Positions 38,760-52,789 of a stretch of DNA of 64,000 nt are shown piece by piece. The position numbers and the translations under genes are program-made. The DNA is from Octopus vulgaris (Eukaryota). The notes under the pieces were generated by a model that saw nothing but the letters and a program-made list of their open reading frames with translations, did no database searches and had not been told where the DNA came from. How positions within the stretch are numbered: position 1 is the stretch's first letter; each line of letters begins with the position of its first letter. The DNA lies in NCBI GenBank assembly GCA_951406725.2, contig OX597816.1, positions 175,460,001-175,524,000 on the forward strand. Reading direction: 5' to 3'.

Positions 38760-39646
38760 GTTAACATTCAAAAAGTATCCAATCTCTGGGGATACAAAGA
38801 AAAAAAAAATTGTACATTTCACAAATTTTATTTAATCTCCTTCAAAATACTCTCCTTGGGAGTTCACACTTCTCCCAATGGATCTGCCTATGCTGGTAAC
38901 ACTTCTGGAATGTTGTGGAACTCTGCTGTTGTTTTTCTCATAATTTCCTCTCACAACTCAAATCGATTCCCTTTCAGTATGATTTTCAGTTTAGGGAAAA
39001 GCCAGAAGTCATAGAGTGCCAAGAGACTAGAACGCCCTGTTGAGCAAGTAGCCTGTTGCTCTTGACCAGGAAAGCTGAAGTTACAAGATGCATTCAAAAA
39101 GTATCCAACTATATTTTTTCGCCGACTCTCTCCGCACGCACAACTCCTCTGTTAAAATCGAATTCGCTTATTCCCACTTCATTAGTAATTTCCTGGATTG
39201 TTATACAATGGTCTTCCATGACTATTTGCCAAACCTTCTCAAATGGCTCCTTGTTTTGGCTTGTGAGTGGTCTGCCTGAGCATGCCTTGCTCTCCACTGA
39301 GGTGCAACCATGATTGAAGCTGTTGTACCACTCCTTGACTTGAGGTTTGCTAATGGCACCATTGCCAAGGGCCTGTTGAATCTTCTGAATGGCTTGAGTT
39401 TCACCTACTTTTTGGCAAACTTGATGCAATGTCTCTGCTCTATTTGTTTGGTTATCCTGTGTGGAAACGAAAATCTGATGAACGTGCACTACACATCTAT
39501 TCTCCAGGTGTAACAGCTGGGAACTGTTGTGGCTCACTAGTGCAAAATATTTTACATGTGCATGAAAGGCGGCGCCACCTCCCACCCATGTGGCACTAGT
39601 TTAGCAGGGAAAAAATAAAGCTGGATACTTTTTGAACACACCTCAT
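38760..39646 (-). mobile_element. Degenerate mariner transposon
   Basis: AISKPQVKEWYNSF..G.TSVES...SGRP.TS..E...V...D..ITIQEI..EVGIS (mariner HTH); TIR-like ttcaaaaagtatcc at about 38768 and 39093 / ggatactttttgaa at about 39623. Confidence 0.8.
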
Positions 39647-39941
39647 AGTATGTTGAGAACACATTATCACATTACTTTTAAACTCATGGATCTCATAGAA
39701 TTAACACAACATATTTGTTTAAAGTGATCACAATTCCATCCCAGGTGATATGCAAAAATGGAGTGAATTTGGGGAATGATTTGGATGTGCAACTTAAAAC
39801 AAAGTACAAACATTATTCAGTTCAAGAAATTATACAAAAGTTAAGGATTATAGAAAAGAGGAAGGGCTGTCTGTGATATTGAGTAGATATTTGTGTTGTA
39901 CTTAGAACTGTGAATAGTTTTGCTTATAAATTTAGTGTGTT

Positions 39942-40540
39942 GCAGGCATGGCTGTGTGGTAAGAAGCTTGCTTCCCAACCACATGGTTCCAGGTTCAGTC
40001 TCACTGCTAGATACCTTGGGCAAGTGTCTTCCACTATACCTTGGGCTGACCAAAGCCTTGTGAATGGATTTGATAGGCAGAAACTGAAAGAAGCCCTTTG
40101 TATGTGTGTGTGTGTGTTTATATATATATATATATATGTATATATATAGGCATAGGCATGACTTTGTGTAAAGAAGCTTGCTTCCCAACCACATGGTTCT
40201 AGGTTCAGTCTCACTGCATGGCACCTTGAGCAAATGTCTTCTACAGCCTCGGACCGACCAAAGCCTTGTGAGTGGATTTGGTAGATGGAAACTGAAAAGA
40301 AGCCTGTCATATATATATGTATATATATATCAATGTGTGTGTGTCTGTGTTTGTCCTCGCATCACGACTTGACAACTGGTGTTGGTGTGTTTACATCCCT
40401 GTAATCTAGCTGTTTGGCAAAAGCAACCAATAGAATAAATTCCAGTCTAAAAAAATAAGTACTGGGGTTGATTCATTTGACTAAAAATTGAGGGCAGTGC
40501 CCCAGCATGGCCACAGTCTAATGACTGGAACAGGTAAGAG
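39942..40540 (+). mobile_element. Two tandem SINE family A copies (partial and full)
   Basis: Heads at about 39942 and 40149. Confidence 0.8.
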
Positions 40541-41269
40541 ACACACACACGCATATATATCTTTGTCTGTGAGTTGTACCTCCACCCACCCTCAGCTTTA
40601 CAGCTGGTGTTGGTTGGTTTAGATCCCTGCAACTTGGTGGTTTGGCAAAAAACCCCCAAAAAACTGTTAGAATGAGTAACAAGCATCCCACCTGAAGCCC
40701 TAACAATTCTGCCTGTCTAACACCCTGGATGGTACTTCATTTATTGATCCCAGAAGGTTGAGTGGGAAATTTGAATTCTATTGACCCCAGACAAATAACA
40801 GGCAAACTTGAGCCCAGAGTAGTTTTTAACTTAGACTGTAGAGGTAACCAAAGATTAATCCAATACCCTATTATATCAGCTACTTTGTAGTCTTTGTCTC
40901 TGTTATAAGGGTCATGTCTTTTGGCATATTAAAAGCAAAAATTCAAGTTACATTGTATAATATTTAAGCATTTAAACTAGCCATACTCGGCCCAAATAAC
41001 CTGTTTTATGCTGAAACTGGTCAGATCTGGTTTTTCACAACTACCCCACAGTGTCATTTTACAAATAAACAATTACATCATTGAAATCTCAAAGCTATGA
41101 AATAATGCATGGTTAATTTAAGACAGTAACCTGTGTGCTAAAGGGTTAAATATTTGAATACTAATGCAACCAGCAGAAATCTCATAATGACAAAATTGCA
41201 ATCATTTTGAAAATTTAGTTTCCATATGTTAGAACTTGTGTGTGTATTTTAATATTCTTTTATTTGTCT

Positions 41270-41640
41270 CAGGCATTTGACTGTGGCCATGCTAGAGTAC
41301 TGCCTTAAAAGGTTTTAGTCAAAGAAATCAACCCCAGGACTTATTCCTTAAAGCCTAGTACTTATTCTATTAGTTTCTTTTGCTGAGCTGCCAAGTTACA
41401 GGGATGTAAGCACACCAACACCGGTTGTCAAGCAATGGTAAGGGGACAAACATAAACACACACATATACATACATATAATGGGCTTCTTTCAGTTTCTGT
41501 CAACCAAATCCACTCACAAAGTTTTGGTTGGGCTGAGGCTGTAGTTGAAGACAGTTGCTCAAGGTGCTACACAGTGTGACTGAACCCGGAACCATGTGGT
41601 TGGGAAGCAAGCTTCTTACCTCACCACCACATCTGTGCTT
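41270..41640 (-). mobile_element. SINE family A
   Basis: Homologous to 8058-8465. Confidence 0.8.
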
Positions 41641-42937
41641 TGGGGATGTTTATATGTTCCCGAGAAACTGTTATTTTAAAGCTTGTTCTTAAAGGTTCCG
41701 TTAAGTACTACATTGAGAAAACTTTCAGGAATGGCTTGTGTATTGACTTTAGATTAAAGCCTGCTTACTGGTTGTGTATGGATTAAATTCATGGTAGAAC
41801 TAATCAGGCATTTTTGTCATAAGAAAAAATTTTAGAATACAGAGTTGTGCTGTGATGATGAATTTCAATTAAGCAATCCAATAGCAGCAGTTTCAGAGTC
41901 AGGAATGAATTTTGTAAATATATGTTTAATCAGTCACCACTGTTGACAAACGAATATACCTGTTTACCATAAAAATACTAAGTAAAGCTGTTCACTGTAT
42001 AAACAAGAATTTAATCTTATCATCACTTAAACTGTTAGTTTTTTTTTCCTTTGTTCACGTACATATTTTGGTTCATAATCCTTTGTTTATGAGGAAACTT
42101 CTTCCCCAGTCATTTATTATGTTAATTATTTAGGAAGTAAATAATTATCTTGAATGTTTTTTGTCTCCATTTTTTTTTTGACAATAATTACTGTTAATTA
42201 GTACTTTCTTGGTCTAAACTGCTACTTTCAAGTGACATGAAAAGGCTTGGCATACTAAAATATAATCTTAATTTTACAGCAACTCACAGGAAGTTAAGTC
42301 CCTTGCATATGGAGGCCATGATGCAATTTTGAATCTCAGTTGAAGTCATTTCACTTCATATTCACCACTACTATCCTTGACTCAGGTATGAATGTCCCAA
42401 CTTTTCATTTAACCATTATTATTTGTGCCCCCCTGCAAAAAAAAAAACCAAACAAAAAAACCACTGTTCCATAATGTCCTCAATTTTATTTATTTATATG
42501 AGTAGTTTTCATTGTGAATATTTCTTTTTTGTAGAGGTGTAGGTTATAGTTTGTTGAATTGACTTCACTATATTATTGGTACATGCTTATTTTATACACT
42601 GTGTAAAGATAAAGCTAGTTAATATGTTTTGGGTGGGGGAAACCACAATTTTTATAGAATATGTTGAAATACTTGATATATTGAAAATGTATAAATCTCA
42701 TTTTAAAGATGACAAGAAATTTGTCTGCTAAATGAAGCAGGATTACTAACCACACAAAATTTCTATTTCTTTACTACCCACAAGGGGCTAAACACAGAGG
42801 ACAAACAGATTAAGCCAATTATATCGATCCCAGTGCGTAACTGGTACTTAACTTATCAACCCCGAAAGGATGAAAGGCAAAGTCGACCAAAAAGATTAAT
42901 TGACTACACTTAATTCCTCTCGACATTTTTAAATATA

Positions 42938-43108
42938 GTCGCAGGCGTGGCTGTGTGGTAAGGAGCTTGCTTCCCAGTCACATGGTTTTGGGTTCAGTCC
43001 TACTGTGTGGCACCCTGGGCAAGTGTCTCCTACTGTAGCCTTAGGCCAATCAAAGCATTGTGAGTTGATTTGGTTGACAGAAACTGAAAGAAGCTTGCTA
43101 TATATATG

Positions 43109-43145
<37 letters not shown>

Positions 43146-43352
43146 ATCTTTGTATCCGTGTTTGTCCCCCACCCCCATCACTTCTTAACAACTGGTACTG
43201 TAACTTAGCGGTTTGGCAAAAGAGACAGATAGAATAAGTATCAGGCTTTTAAAAAAATTACTACTGGGGTCAATTCATTCAACTAAAAATTCTTCAAGGT
43301 GGTGCCCCAGCATGGCCGCAGTCTGGTGACTGAAATAAGTTAAAGATAAAAG
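42938..43352 (+). mobile_element. SINE family A
   Basis: gcaggcgtggctgtgtggtaagg...cagcatggccgcagtc. Confidence 0.8.
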
Positions 43353-43499
43353 ATATTTTAAGAGCCATCATAATAGTTAACAGTGTAATAGACCCCTGAT
43401 TCAAGCATGAAGTTCTCTTAGTTTAAATCAAACGTCTTAAAAATAAGAGCTGCTAGGAATCTACTTTGCCTACTGTAAGAAGATAAAGCTATAAGTAAT

Positions 43500-43988
43500 C
43501 AAGGCCTTAAAGCCTTGAAACTCTACTCTCTCCAGCGTCGCCGTGAGCGGTACATCATTTGTACGATGTGGAGAATATACCGCCAACTTTGCCCAAACGA
43601 CCTGAACATTAGCTTCAAGGTTCATCCAAGACTGGGACCACGGGCCATACGTCCCCTGCCCAATTCAGGATCACAGCATACATGTACACTGCAACATAAT
43701 TTCTTTTCCTCAACAGGCCCTGCCCTATTTAACATTGTCCCGAAAGAGATCAAAGAGGAACAGGATCCCATCAACTTTAAACGGAGTCTGGATAGATTCC
43801 TTCAAGGAATACCAGATAAGCCACCCATAATTGGATACAACTCACCCAACAAAAACTCACTATTTGAATGGACCACAAACAAAACTTGACTTAAAAAGGA
43901 TTTAGATAATCCTGTCAGGTGGTGCTATTAAGTTAGACATGGCCTGGACCAATCTTTGGTCGAAACATATCTAAGTCTTATCTAAGTT
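43500..43988 (+). mobile_element. LINE 3' end (CR1/L2-group-like)
   Basis: LKLYSLQRRRERY.I...W.I...F...GPALFN.VP..I...FKRSLDRFL..IPD.P; short tandem tail atctaagt. Confidence 0.8.
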
Positions 43989-44344
43989 TACAGAATGAAG
44001 TTTTATCCTTTGTCAGTGAAATTAATAAATGCTGGAAAAATGGAAATGAAGCCTTCATTATGTATCTGCTAAAAGGGTGACTGACTACTATTTTAGGGAC
44101 ACGACAAACTTCTCATTAAAGTGATGACAATTTCACTACATAGTCAGGCCACACTATTAAGTAAGTATATTGTTACATCATCAAGCAGCTTTATAGTCAC
44201 ATCACTAAAACATATAGTTGCAACATCATCAAACTGTTATATAGTCATACAACCAAACAACTTTTATAGACACAGCACATGACTATTAGTAATGTGTCCA
44301 AATATTGATTTTTGTTATACTATTCTGTTATATATTAACATTGC

Positions 44345-44503
44345 TCAGAGTTGCTGAAGCATGGAATAAACTGCCTGCGTCAGTTGTTGACTGCCATGAC
44401 ACTGCATCCTTTAAGGCCCTCATGCTTTCCGAAATCCGTCGAAACTACACCTGATTATATATACACTTTAGATGAGTTGTAGTGCACCTGAGCACTGTAC
44501 ACA

Positions 44504-44535
<32 letters not shown>
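44345..44535 (+). mobile_element. CR1-like LINE 3' stub with (ATT)n tail
   Basis: RVAEAWNKLPASVVDCHDTASFK. Confidence 0.7.
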
Positions 44536-44536
<1 letters not shown>

Positions 44537-44713
44537 GTTCAATATCGTGCAACTGGTGCATATTTGTTGATTTTCCACATGTGATAAATATTCAGCCTAA
44601 ATTTAATTAGTTGCAGTGAAAGAGAAGAATAGAATAAAACAGACATTCCTCTTTATCGTTATTTAATAAATTGATATTCCTAAATCATGAAATATTCATA
44701 TAAGTAAAATATA

Positions 44714-45663
44714 CGAGGATGGATCAAAATGTTTGTGGAATTTTTTAATAGCAGTAAAATAATCAAGGTTAATCAAGTTAAAACATGTCAGAAAACTTCA
44801 CTGGGTGTTTACCTTGCTTTTAGTTACCTGCAATCAGGTAAATAACTGTCAATCAGATAGCTACGTCCCTAGACATTGGCAAATTCAATTCTTCATGATA
44901 ATTTGGGACTGAGCAAGCTTTCAGCATGATGGGTCCCAAAAGCATTGTGGCCTGATCAACAGAATCTTTGAAGTGATCTCTCTTTAACATTATTGAACAA
45001 AATTGAAGCAGACGAAGAGCAATTTCTGGCGAAAATTATCACCTGAGATGAAACTTGGATTTACCTGAGTCCAAAAAACAGTCAAAGCAATGGCTCCCAC
45101 ATGAATTCAGGACCCAGAAAGTGATGGCCACGGTTTTCTGGGATTCAGAGGGTGTGATACTGATAGATTACCTTGAAAATCAAAGAACAGTAACAGGAGT
45201 TTAGTATGCTGAGGTTTTAAGGAAGCTAAAAGACGTTTTGATTAAAAAACGGAAAGGGAAACTTCATGGTGGGCTCCTGTTTCATCATGACAATGCACCA
45301 GTGCATTCTTCAAGGGTTGTGCAAGATGTCCTTCGAGAATTTTGATGGGAAGTGCTTCCTCACCCACCATATAGTCTTGATTTAGCTCCATCAGACTTCT
45401 TCCTTTTTCCAAAACTCAAAGAAATCCTCAAAGGAACCCATTTTAATGACATAGAAGGAGCAAAACACTGTGCCACTACTTGGCTCCGAAAACGTCCTCC
45501 AGAATTCTTCAAAGACGGTCTTCAAACCTGGAAACATTGACTTGAGAAGGGCATTGACCTGAATGGCAACTATGTTGAGAAATAAGCTCATGTATATATG
45601 TTGTTTTTTGTGTAAAATAAATTAATTTCTTAAAAATTCCGCGACCTTTTTGATCCACCCTCA
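44714..45663 (+). mobile_element. Internally deleted mariner transposon (pseudogenised DD34D transposase)
   Basis: DETWI, KVMATVFWDSEGVILID, HHDNAPVH, HPPYSLDLAPSDFFLFPKLK with stops; TIRs cgaggatggatcaaaa / ttttgatccaccctca; TA at the left flank. Confidence 0.9.
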
Positions 45664-46736
45664 TCTATGCAATTTATTGATGGGCAATCAAATTTACATA
45701 CATTTCTACTTGGTATTCAGCCGAAAGACCTGTTAGTGATTAATCTAGCTAACTGAATGACTTAGCAGTATTTCAGATAGAGTGAAAGTAATTTAGCAAT
45801 GGGGAGGAGATAGACAAGCAGAAGGATGGGGATATGTTACTAATTATATTAATTAATGTTACTAATTATATTAAAGGATTATACTGTTTAACACTGAGAG
45901 CAATTTTTATTCAATAATAGATCATTTTAAAATTGCAATTCTAAAGACATCCTCACGTTTATATTGCATCCTAGCTAAGCAAACAGGCCTGATTTGGGGA
46001 TATGACACAGCGATCTGCAGTCACCATTGGTAGAAAATATTAGGGCCTGTGTCCCACAGTAACTGATCTAGACCACATGCTGAAGCTTTATGTAAAGCAC
46101 ATTATTGGTTATTGTAAAATTAGTATTTTCACTGTTATTCGGTCCGTTTGTGTTTTCAAAGAGATATTCCAGGGACATTTGCATGTGTAACATTGTAGTT
46201 ACACAAACGTTCATGTTTACCCAGACTCATTGAAACTACTTTTCCATGACTGCCTGCAGCAGAAGATCTCATAACACCACGTTTTGAGCTTTATAGAAAC
46301 TAGTATTCATTTGTACAAAAAAGTACTGACAAGATGTGATTATTGAGTTGTATAACAAATGAGATATTTGTCTGCTGGTTTCCAAAGTATAATTAGCATA
46401 TTCCATATCCTCCGCTAAATAGCATGGGTGATTCTCCTCATTTCATCTTTTTTCACCTGTCTTACATATATTACTCTCAAATCAAATAAACCATCATATT
46501 TAATGCAAACTGATATGTCTTTTACCTAATTATATGCTCAAAGGTTTATTGAAACTATTTATAAATGTGAGATTGTTCTAGAATGTGTTAGATTCAAACA
46601 GGCTTGATTACTGTGGAGGTCTTCTTTCTGTTTATTGCATGGTTAAGCCAGTTGTTATGGAGGCACTTTTTGTTTGATCAAATGCTTGTCAGCCTATTTT
46701 TCTCCTATTTGCAGCTAAAAGAGAGAGAATCCAGAA

Positions 46737-47066
46737 ATGTTTAGTTATGAACAAATCTTTGAAGAGTTGCGTGGCTTTGGTCCCTATCAAAGACGACTGT
46801 TTATACTGGTTAGTCTTTTAGAAATATCAGCAGGGTTGGCAATGGTTTTACCCATTTTTACACATGCCAAGATGAATTGGTATTGTGTTAGTGCTAACTA
46901 CTCTGAGGGGACAAACACAACAGTGACCCCTGATTGGAATAACACTCAAAGAGAAAATAGTAACAGTTCTGACAAACTGCTCAGTTTGTCTTGCAATGCA
47001 TTATTGCAGAAAGAACAATGTTCTAAAATTATATTTGATTCAGAATTCACATCAATTGTGAGTGAG
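46737..47066 (+). CDS. SLC22-family (Orct-like) organic cation transporter, coding exon 1
   Basis: Acceptor ttgcag ending at 46714, ATG at 46737; F.YEQIFEELRGFGPYQRR, TM1, Cys/N-glycosylated loop, FTSIVSE|GTATGT. Confidence 0.93.
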
Positions 47067-49284
47067 GTATGTATTCTTTTCATTCATTTTATGACCTACT
47101 TTGTTCCATATATTGTGAAAATCTAATCAATTTGATGTGTTAATGTTTTCAAATGCAATTTACAACTGATTTTCTAATAAAAATTGATAAATAATTTTTA
47201 TACCAACATAGAAGTCTACTCAGTATACCCAAAAATGTATATTCAAGATCTTTATTCTGTGTTATTCTTGCTCAATAAGATAACAAATTTCACACGTTTC
47301 AATATATAGTGTAAATATTGAAATAAAACAGGTATTTTTTTTTACTATAATACTTAATCAATGTCTTCTTGTATTTGGAGAAGTATGTAAAATTGTGTAT
47401 CAAGTTTTCAGTTTCATATGCTATAATTTATTTGATGACACCAATTATGGTTTTACTTGGATTTAAACTGAAAAAAAAAAAAAGAATTAAATTCCAAGTT
47501 AACCTCACTGGATTTAATTATAAAACACAAGATATGTTAATTTGAGGGTGAAAGTAAAGTAAGAGTAGGTAGTTTTCTTGTATTAACTGACATAAGTTGT
47601 TCAAATTGCACAGGTTGGTAGAATAACTATTCTATACAAAAGTACTGTTCGACATAGTCTCCATACAAGCAATACAGCTACACCATTGTTAAAAAATTCA
47701 GATCTGCTCTGTTGTACCCACTCCTTTACACATTCACTTCGTTACTGACATCAAATCATTCTCAGTCTTTCATTGGACTGAACACTTGCAGGACAACAGC
47801 ACCAGGTTATATGTTGAATGGTGTTCCACTGATCAGCCCAATTTATCAATTACCTGATATTTGCCAAAGACATGTTTGATCTTGCATTGTGAGGTGAATG
47901 TGGATTGTTTTCAGATTCTTGTTTTGTCTCTTCCTTCTAATGGTTCTTCTAAGCTTTCTGAAAGTCTCAAGCCACTTTCCAGAAAATTAAGGAGATTGCT
48001 GTCCTTGTCATCCCTCAAGCAGTGACCAAAACTTTCTGTCTGCACTGATCACTGGCTCTGGAACTTCTTAGGCCTTAGAGAAAGGGTGTGACTATTTCAT
48101 GAACTGAGCCTCCACTTCTGAATCAAAAAGACCATGTTTCATTCCTTGTTATGAGATCAGGCAAAGAAAAAAAAAAGTCTTCATTAGGTTTAAATACTTC
48201 TAGCAAATCAGATCAAACTTCACCCTTCTTTCCTTCAAATCAGGCACCCACTTTTTGATCTCTTGTCTTTCACCAGCTTCTTTAATGCATTGTGACCACA
48301 GAGTTCAGTTGTGCCGAAAGCACACAGATAAAAACTCATCTGTGCAAATCAATTTGTTCACTCTCTGTGATTTGTGCCAGTGGTTGCAGTCAATGGTCTT
48401 CCACTGTGTAGTTTGTTTTCAAGGCTAGTTTCTTCTTCTTTAAGCGTCTTCATCAGTCTGTGCACACTGCTCTTGTTAATAATAATGTTATTTCAGCAAA
48501 CAGCCTCTACCCCTCTGTTAGAAGTCTGCATTCCTCTTTCATCAAGAATTCAATAATGGATGTTGCTTCTGCTTGGAACCCATTACTCGCCTGCAATGAA
48601 AAATATAAACAAGAGCCACCATAGCAGAAGTTTTATTCTACTAAGATGTTCAATTTGAATTGGCCTGTGTCAGTTGATGAAAAAACGTTACTCCAACTTT
48701 TGTATTACTTTTGGCGAAGTTAGAAGCTGGTCCATTCTTGACACCATCAATGAATTAAGCTGTGGGTAGTCACCACCTCTCATGGCAGTTGTTTTTGGCA
48801 GATCTTCAAATATTATCTGATATGATGTTAATTAGGATAAGTTTATTCATTCAGATTTCTTTAGATCACAATGGTGATGATGGTAAGAACACTTTTATCT
48901 ACCCAGGTACCTTTATTTGAACTCTCTGCTAGTTTCTGTAAGAAAATAGAAAAGGCATATAAACCATCAGAACTTGTAGATCAAAGATGATGCTGTGTTA
49001 ATAGCTGCTCACTGTAAAACCAGTTATGTGGGTAAGATATTAATTTTATATTTTGTGAGTTCTCAGTTCAAATCCACTGCAGACATTTCATTGTGTCTTT
49101 GGAAGGAAATTTAAATTTACATTGCCTTCATTCTGGAATAGGTTCTACCAAATTTGAGAAATTTACTTGTGTATCTCATTGGAAGAGCCTGTAGGCACAA
49201 CATCTTTGTAGACTAAATGAAAAAGAAATTCCTGTTGAGAGAGATTTGTCTTCACTCTAATAGCAGCAGCAGCAGCAGGTATAA

Positions 49285-49525
49285 CAATTAACTCATTAAG
49301 GACAATGGATTGTGATGTGGAAGGATTAACTCATTAGCAGCTGTATGTGCAAAGATTAACTCATTAAAAGAAGTGTGTGTAAGCATTAACCAATTAAGAG
49401 CTGTGTACATAAGAATCAACTAACTAATAGCAGTTTGGATTAGGATTAGCTTATTAATGGCTGTGTGTATAAGGACTAACTGATTTATAATAATGTGTGT
49501 AAGGTTTAACTAATTAAGAGCAGTG
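49285..49525. repeat. Degenerate ~30-bp minisatellite (aaggattaactcattaa...gtgtgt)
   Basis: About 8 units visible; further units near 49825 and 50085. Confidence 0.7.
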
Positions 49526-50338
49526 TTTATGATGGTAGTTTGTTATAGTTCTAAAATTTCATGCTCAACAACCTTCACAAATGATTTGTTTATGATGATC
49601 AAATGTTTGTGCCATACATTAGCCCATTCACACCATCCAATCAACATTGCCTGAACAGGTGCACAGTGTACCACATGTCAGGTATCAAAGTGACCACAGA
49701 GCATGAAGTGGGATGAAGTGTTTTGCTCAAAAACACAACGCACCACCTGGGCCAGGAATTGAAACCACAATCTCACAACCATGAGTGCAACACCCTAACC
49801 ACTAGGCCATGCACCCTCACAACAGTGTGTATAAGGATTAATAAATCAGTAGGATTCAAGGAAACTAGTGATGTGTTGTGTTGGTAAAAAGTAAAACAAA
49901 GAGTTCCGACAGTAGAATATATTTTATGCTGGGAGAAAGATGAAGAAAAGACGAACATTTTCTAATTTATTTATCCTTCAATACAAGTTAACATTTCTTC
50001 TCCATTTGATAAAGGATTCTACCTGAAACGTTATACGTCTCTTCACAGTCTGAAATGTATTCCCCTGTGTGAACTATATTTGAAGATTAACTGATTCTTT
50101 GTTTAAGATTAACTGATTACTGTGTAAAAGAATAATTAATATGAATGTAAAGCAATGTGTAGAAGAAATAACCATGTGTGTTAGCCTAATTGGCTGTTTT
50201 ATGTAATGAGTTACTAATTAACAATGACAGTATGTCAGTAAACACAGAAATGTGCTGTTTAATATAAATAATAACAATATTTCTTATTTTATGCTTAAGC
50301 CTGCTTTTTTCCTCTTTGTTTTTTCTTTCTTATTTCAG

Positions 50339-50570
50339 TGGAATCTTGTTTGTGACCAAAGTTATACTATCACTCTAATCAATACCTTAACCATGGTAGG
50401 ATTACTTTTTGGCAGTCTTCTCACTGGTCCACTCTCAGACTATTTTGGCCGGAAAAAAATTCTCTACGGCTCTTACTTCTTATTATTAATATTTCAAATT
50501 GCTAGTGGATTAACTGTGTCTTGGCAAGTTTACTGTGGATGCAGAGTCCTCATTGGTGCCTTCATCACTT
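50339..50570 (+). CDS. SLC22 transporter, coding exon 2
   Basis: WNLVCD...G.L.GSL..G.LSDYFGRK (MFS motif A); ttcag / GTAAGT; phase 0/1. Confidence 0.95.
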
Positions 50571-51644
50571 GTAAGTTTATCTTATCTTCTGATTTATTTT
50601 TTCTTAATTTGCTATTCTGCATTTTCATATTTCTTATTAGTTTATATGAAAGCATGAAGAGAGCATGGTGTGCTCATATCATGTCAGCAAAACTGTGTCA
50701 AATATCCTTAAATACTTTATTTTCAAATGAACCTGTGGATCTAGATGCAAATAAGTGTCTTAGATACCATAGTGAGATGTAAATTGTCATTCTAAGCAGT
50801 AGCAGTATTGTACAAATTGTTAGATTACAATAATGAATTCAACTATTCCTTTGTGTATATAAGTTTGCAGGAAGGTATAAGTTATGCCAGGTCAACTTAT
50901 CAATATGGATCTCTTCTGTTTGACTGCCACTTTTCAATTTCTTTAATTTTGTTCCAGTTGATTTCAAATTTAGTGTAATGATGTAGTTTTGTAAGCTAAT
51001 TATTGACATGAAATTCATTTTTGCCATAAATCAATAAATAAGCAGTTAACAGTTTTTGAAGTCTGCAAATTTTGGATAATTTTAACCAATTGAAAGCCAC
51101 AGACATATATATATATATATATATATATAGGTGCTTGTTTCCTTAGTAACAAGCCAAGTGTTGGAACTCTTGTTTACGAAAAACCATGTGTGTTTACAAA
51201 CTGATATTTTATGCTGTGTTTTCTTGCTTGTTTTGGATATTTTACGTTAAAACTACAAAATATGTGTTGTTTATTCATTTTTTGGTCATTTTTCACTTCT
51301 TAGATTCTTAAAGCATGTGCTATCATTGCAACTTTGACATTATTCCTTGGTTGTCTTATGACTGCAGTCATGCTCAAAATGGCAGCATCCAAATCCTGTT
51401 TTCTGACTAGGTAAAAATTATCAAAGTTTAAAAAAAAATTATTCTGGAACAAGTGAATTAGGCCCTGAGATTTAGTGTGAAAAATTACATCATCGATACA
51501 CCAGATTTGAAAATTTTCACAATTTAAAATATTTAAGAAGTGCAGCCTAACAGAAAAGATCCCTATATATATATATATATATATGTATATAATAATAATA
51601 ATAATAATAATTAATTCTTTTATTATAGTAATAATAATAATAAT

Positions 51645-51901
51645 GATATTAGGGAGTATAACTCCAAACCTACAGGGAAAAATTCAATTTAGTATTAAAT
51701 CAAATTTCACAATATAAATATATAATATATATAAATTAGAGAAAAACCACTATTATGCAATTCAAACAATGACAGACATAAACCAAATCATGAATAAAAA
51801 ATAAAATATATGTTTTAAAAACATTTAACTAGATCACAAAAAGTATGAAAAGGAATAAACAATATATAATAAGCAAAAAAATAATAGTGGTTTTCTCTAA
51901 T

Positions 51902-51903
<2 letters not shown>
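51645..51903 (-). mobile_element. PLE terminal fragment (same family as 7298 and 11505)
   Basis: aattagagaaaaaccactattatg and its short inverted copy atagtggttttctctaatt; (TA)n flanks. Confidence 0.65.
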
Positions 51904-51950
<47 letters not shown>

Positions 51951-52350
51951 ATATGAACTAAAAGCAGCACTGTTGTAAGCATGTATGTGGTTGATGATGT
52001 TTACAACTTTAGTGCTGCTTCTGATTCATGAATCATATTTGAATTTATTCTTATGTGGCATACTAGCAAATGGTTTTTACACTATTTGTATATAGTCAAA
52101 GATTGGTGATTCAGTTCAGGAACATGATGTTGATAAGCCACAAAAATGGTGAAACATCAATGTCCATCACTCTTGAATGGGGTTTGGGGCAAGTTGTTTT
52201 GCCTATCTATGACTTTCAGGTGTTTTAACACCTGGCACTTTAAGGGAGTCATCCCACTTTGCTAGACCTCAGCCTTCCAGTGAATAAGCAAAGCACATGC
52301 ATTGAGAATGAGTGGCCAATAGTATATAACTAACTTCAATAGTTACCCAG

Positions 52351-52789
52351 AATCATGGTACCAAAAAGTGTTTTTTTTTTTCGTAACTGTGTTCCCATAC
52401 CTAATTTTGAGTTTCTGATCTTCCATATTTGTATGAGTAGGATTGTTTTATTTGTCGGAGCAACTGTTTTCACGACAGGATATAGCTACTCAGTTGTGAA
52501 GTACCATAACTGCAAATCCATTGCATTATTTGTATTATTAGATAAAATGCATAATATCGCTTTTTGTATAATGAAATATCACATCATATTAGTTCTTTTT
52601 GAATCCCTTAACTTTCTCACATTCTAAGCTTCCTTATCCATTCATTTCATTAACACCATCTTTCTCTCTCTCTCTCTGATGTTCCTACCGCAACTCCTTG
52701 TTGTTGGTTGTGTTGGATTCTGGGCAATAGGAATATGTCTGACCTCTCTCTGGGCATATTTAATTCGGGACTGGCGTATTTTAACGAGA
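52351..52789 (+). repeat. Local duplication of 53776-54209, carrying an 89-nt copy of SLC22 exon 3
   Basis: Near-identical direct repeat; exon fragment 53629-53717 recurs at 52699-52787 and 54119-54207. Confidence 0.92.

Noticed and set aside
47545-48715. Third, highly decayed mariner-like relic
   Set aside because: General resemblance only; TIRs and catalytic motifs could not be fixed by eye
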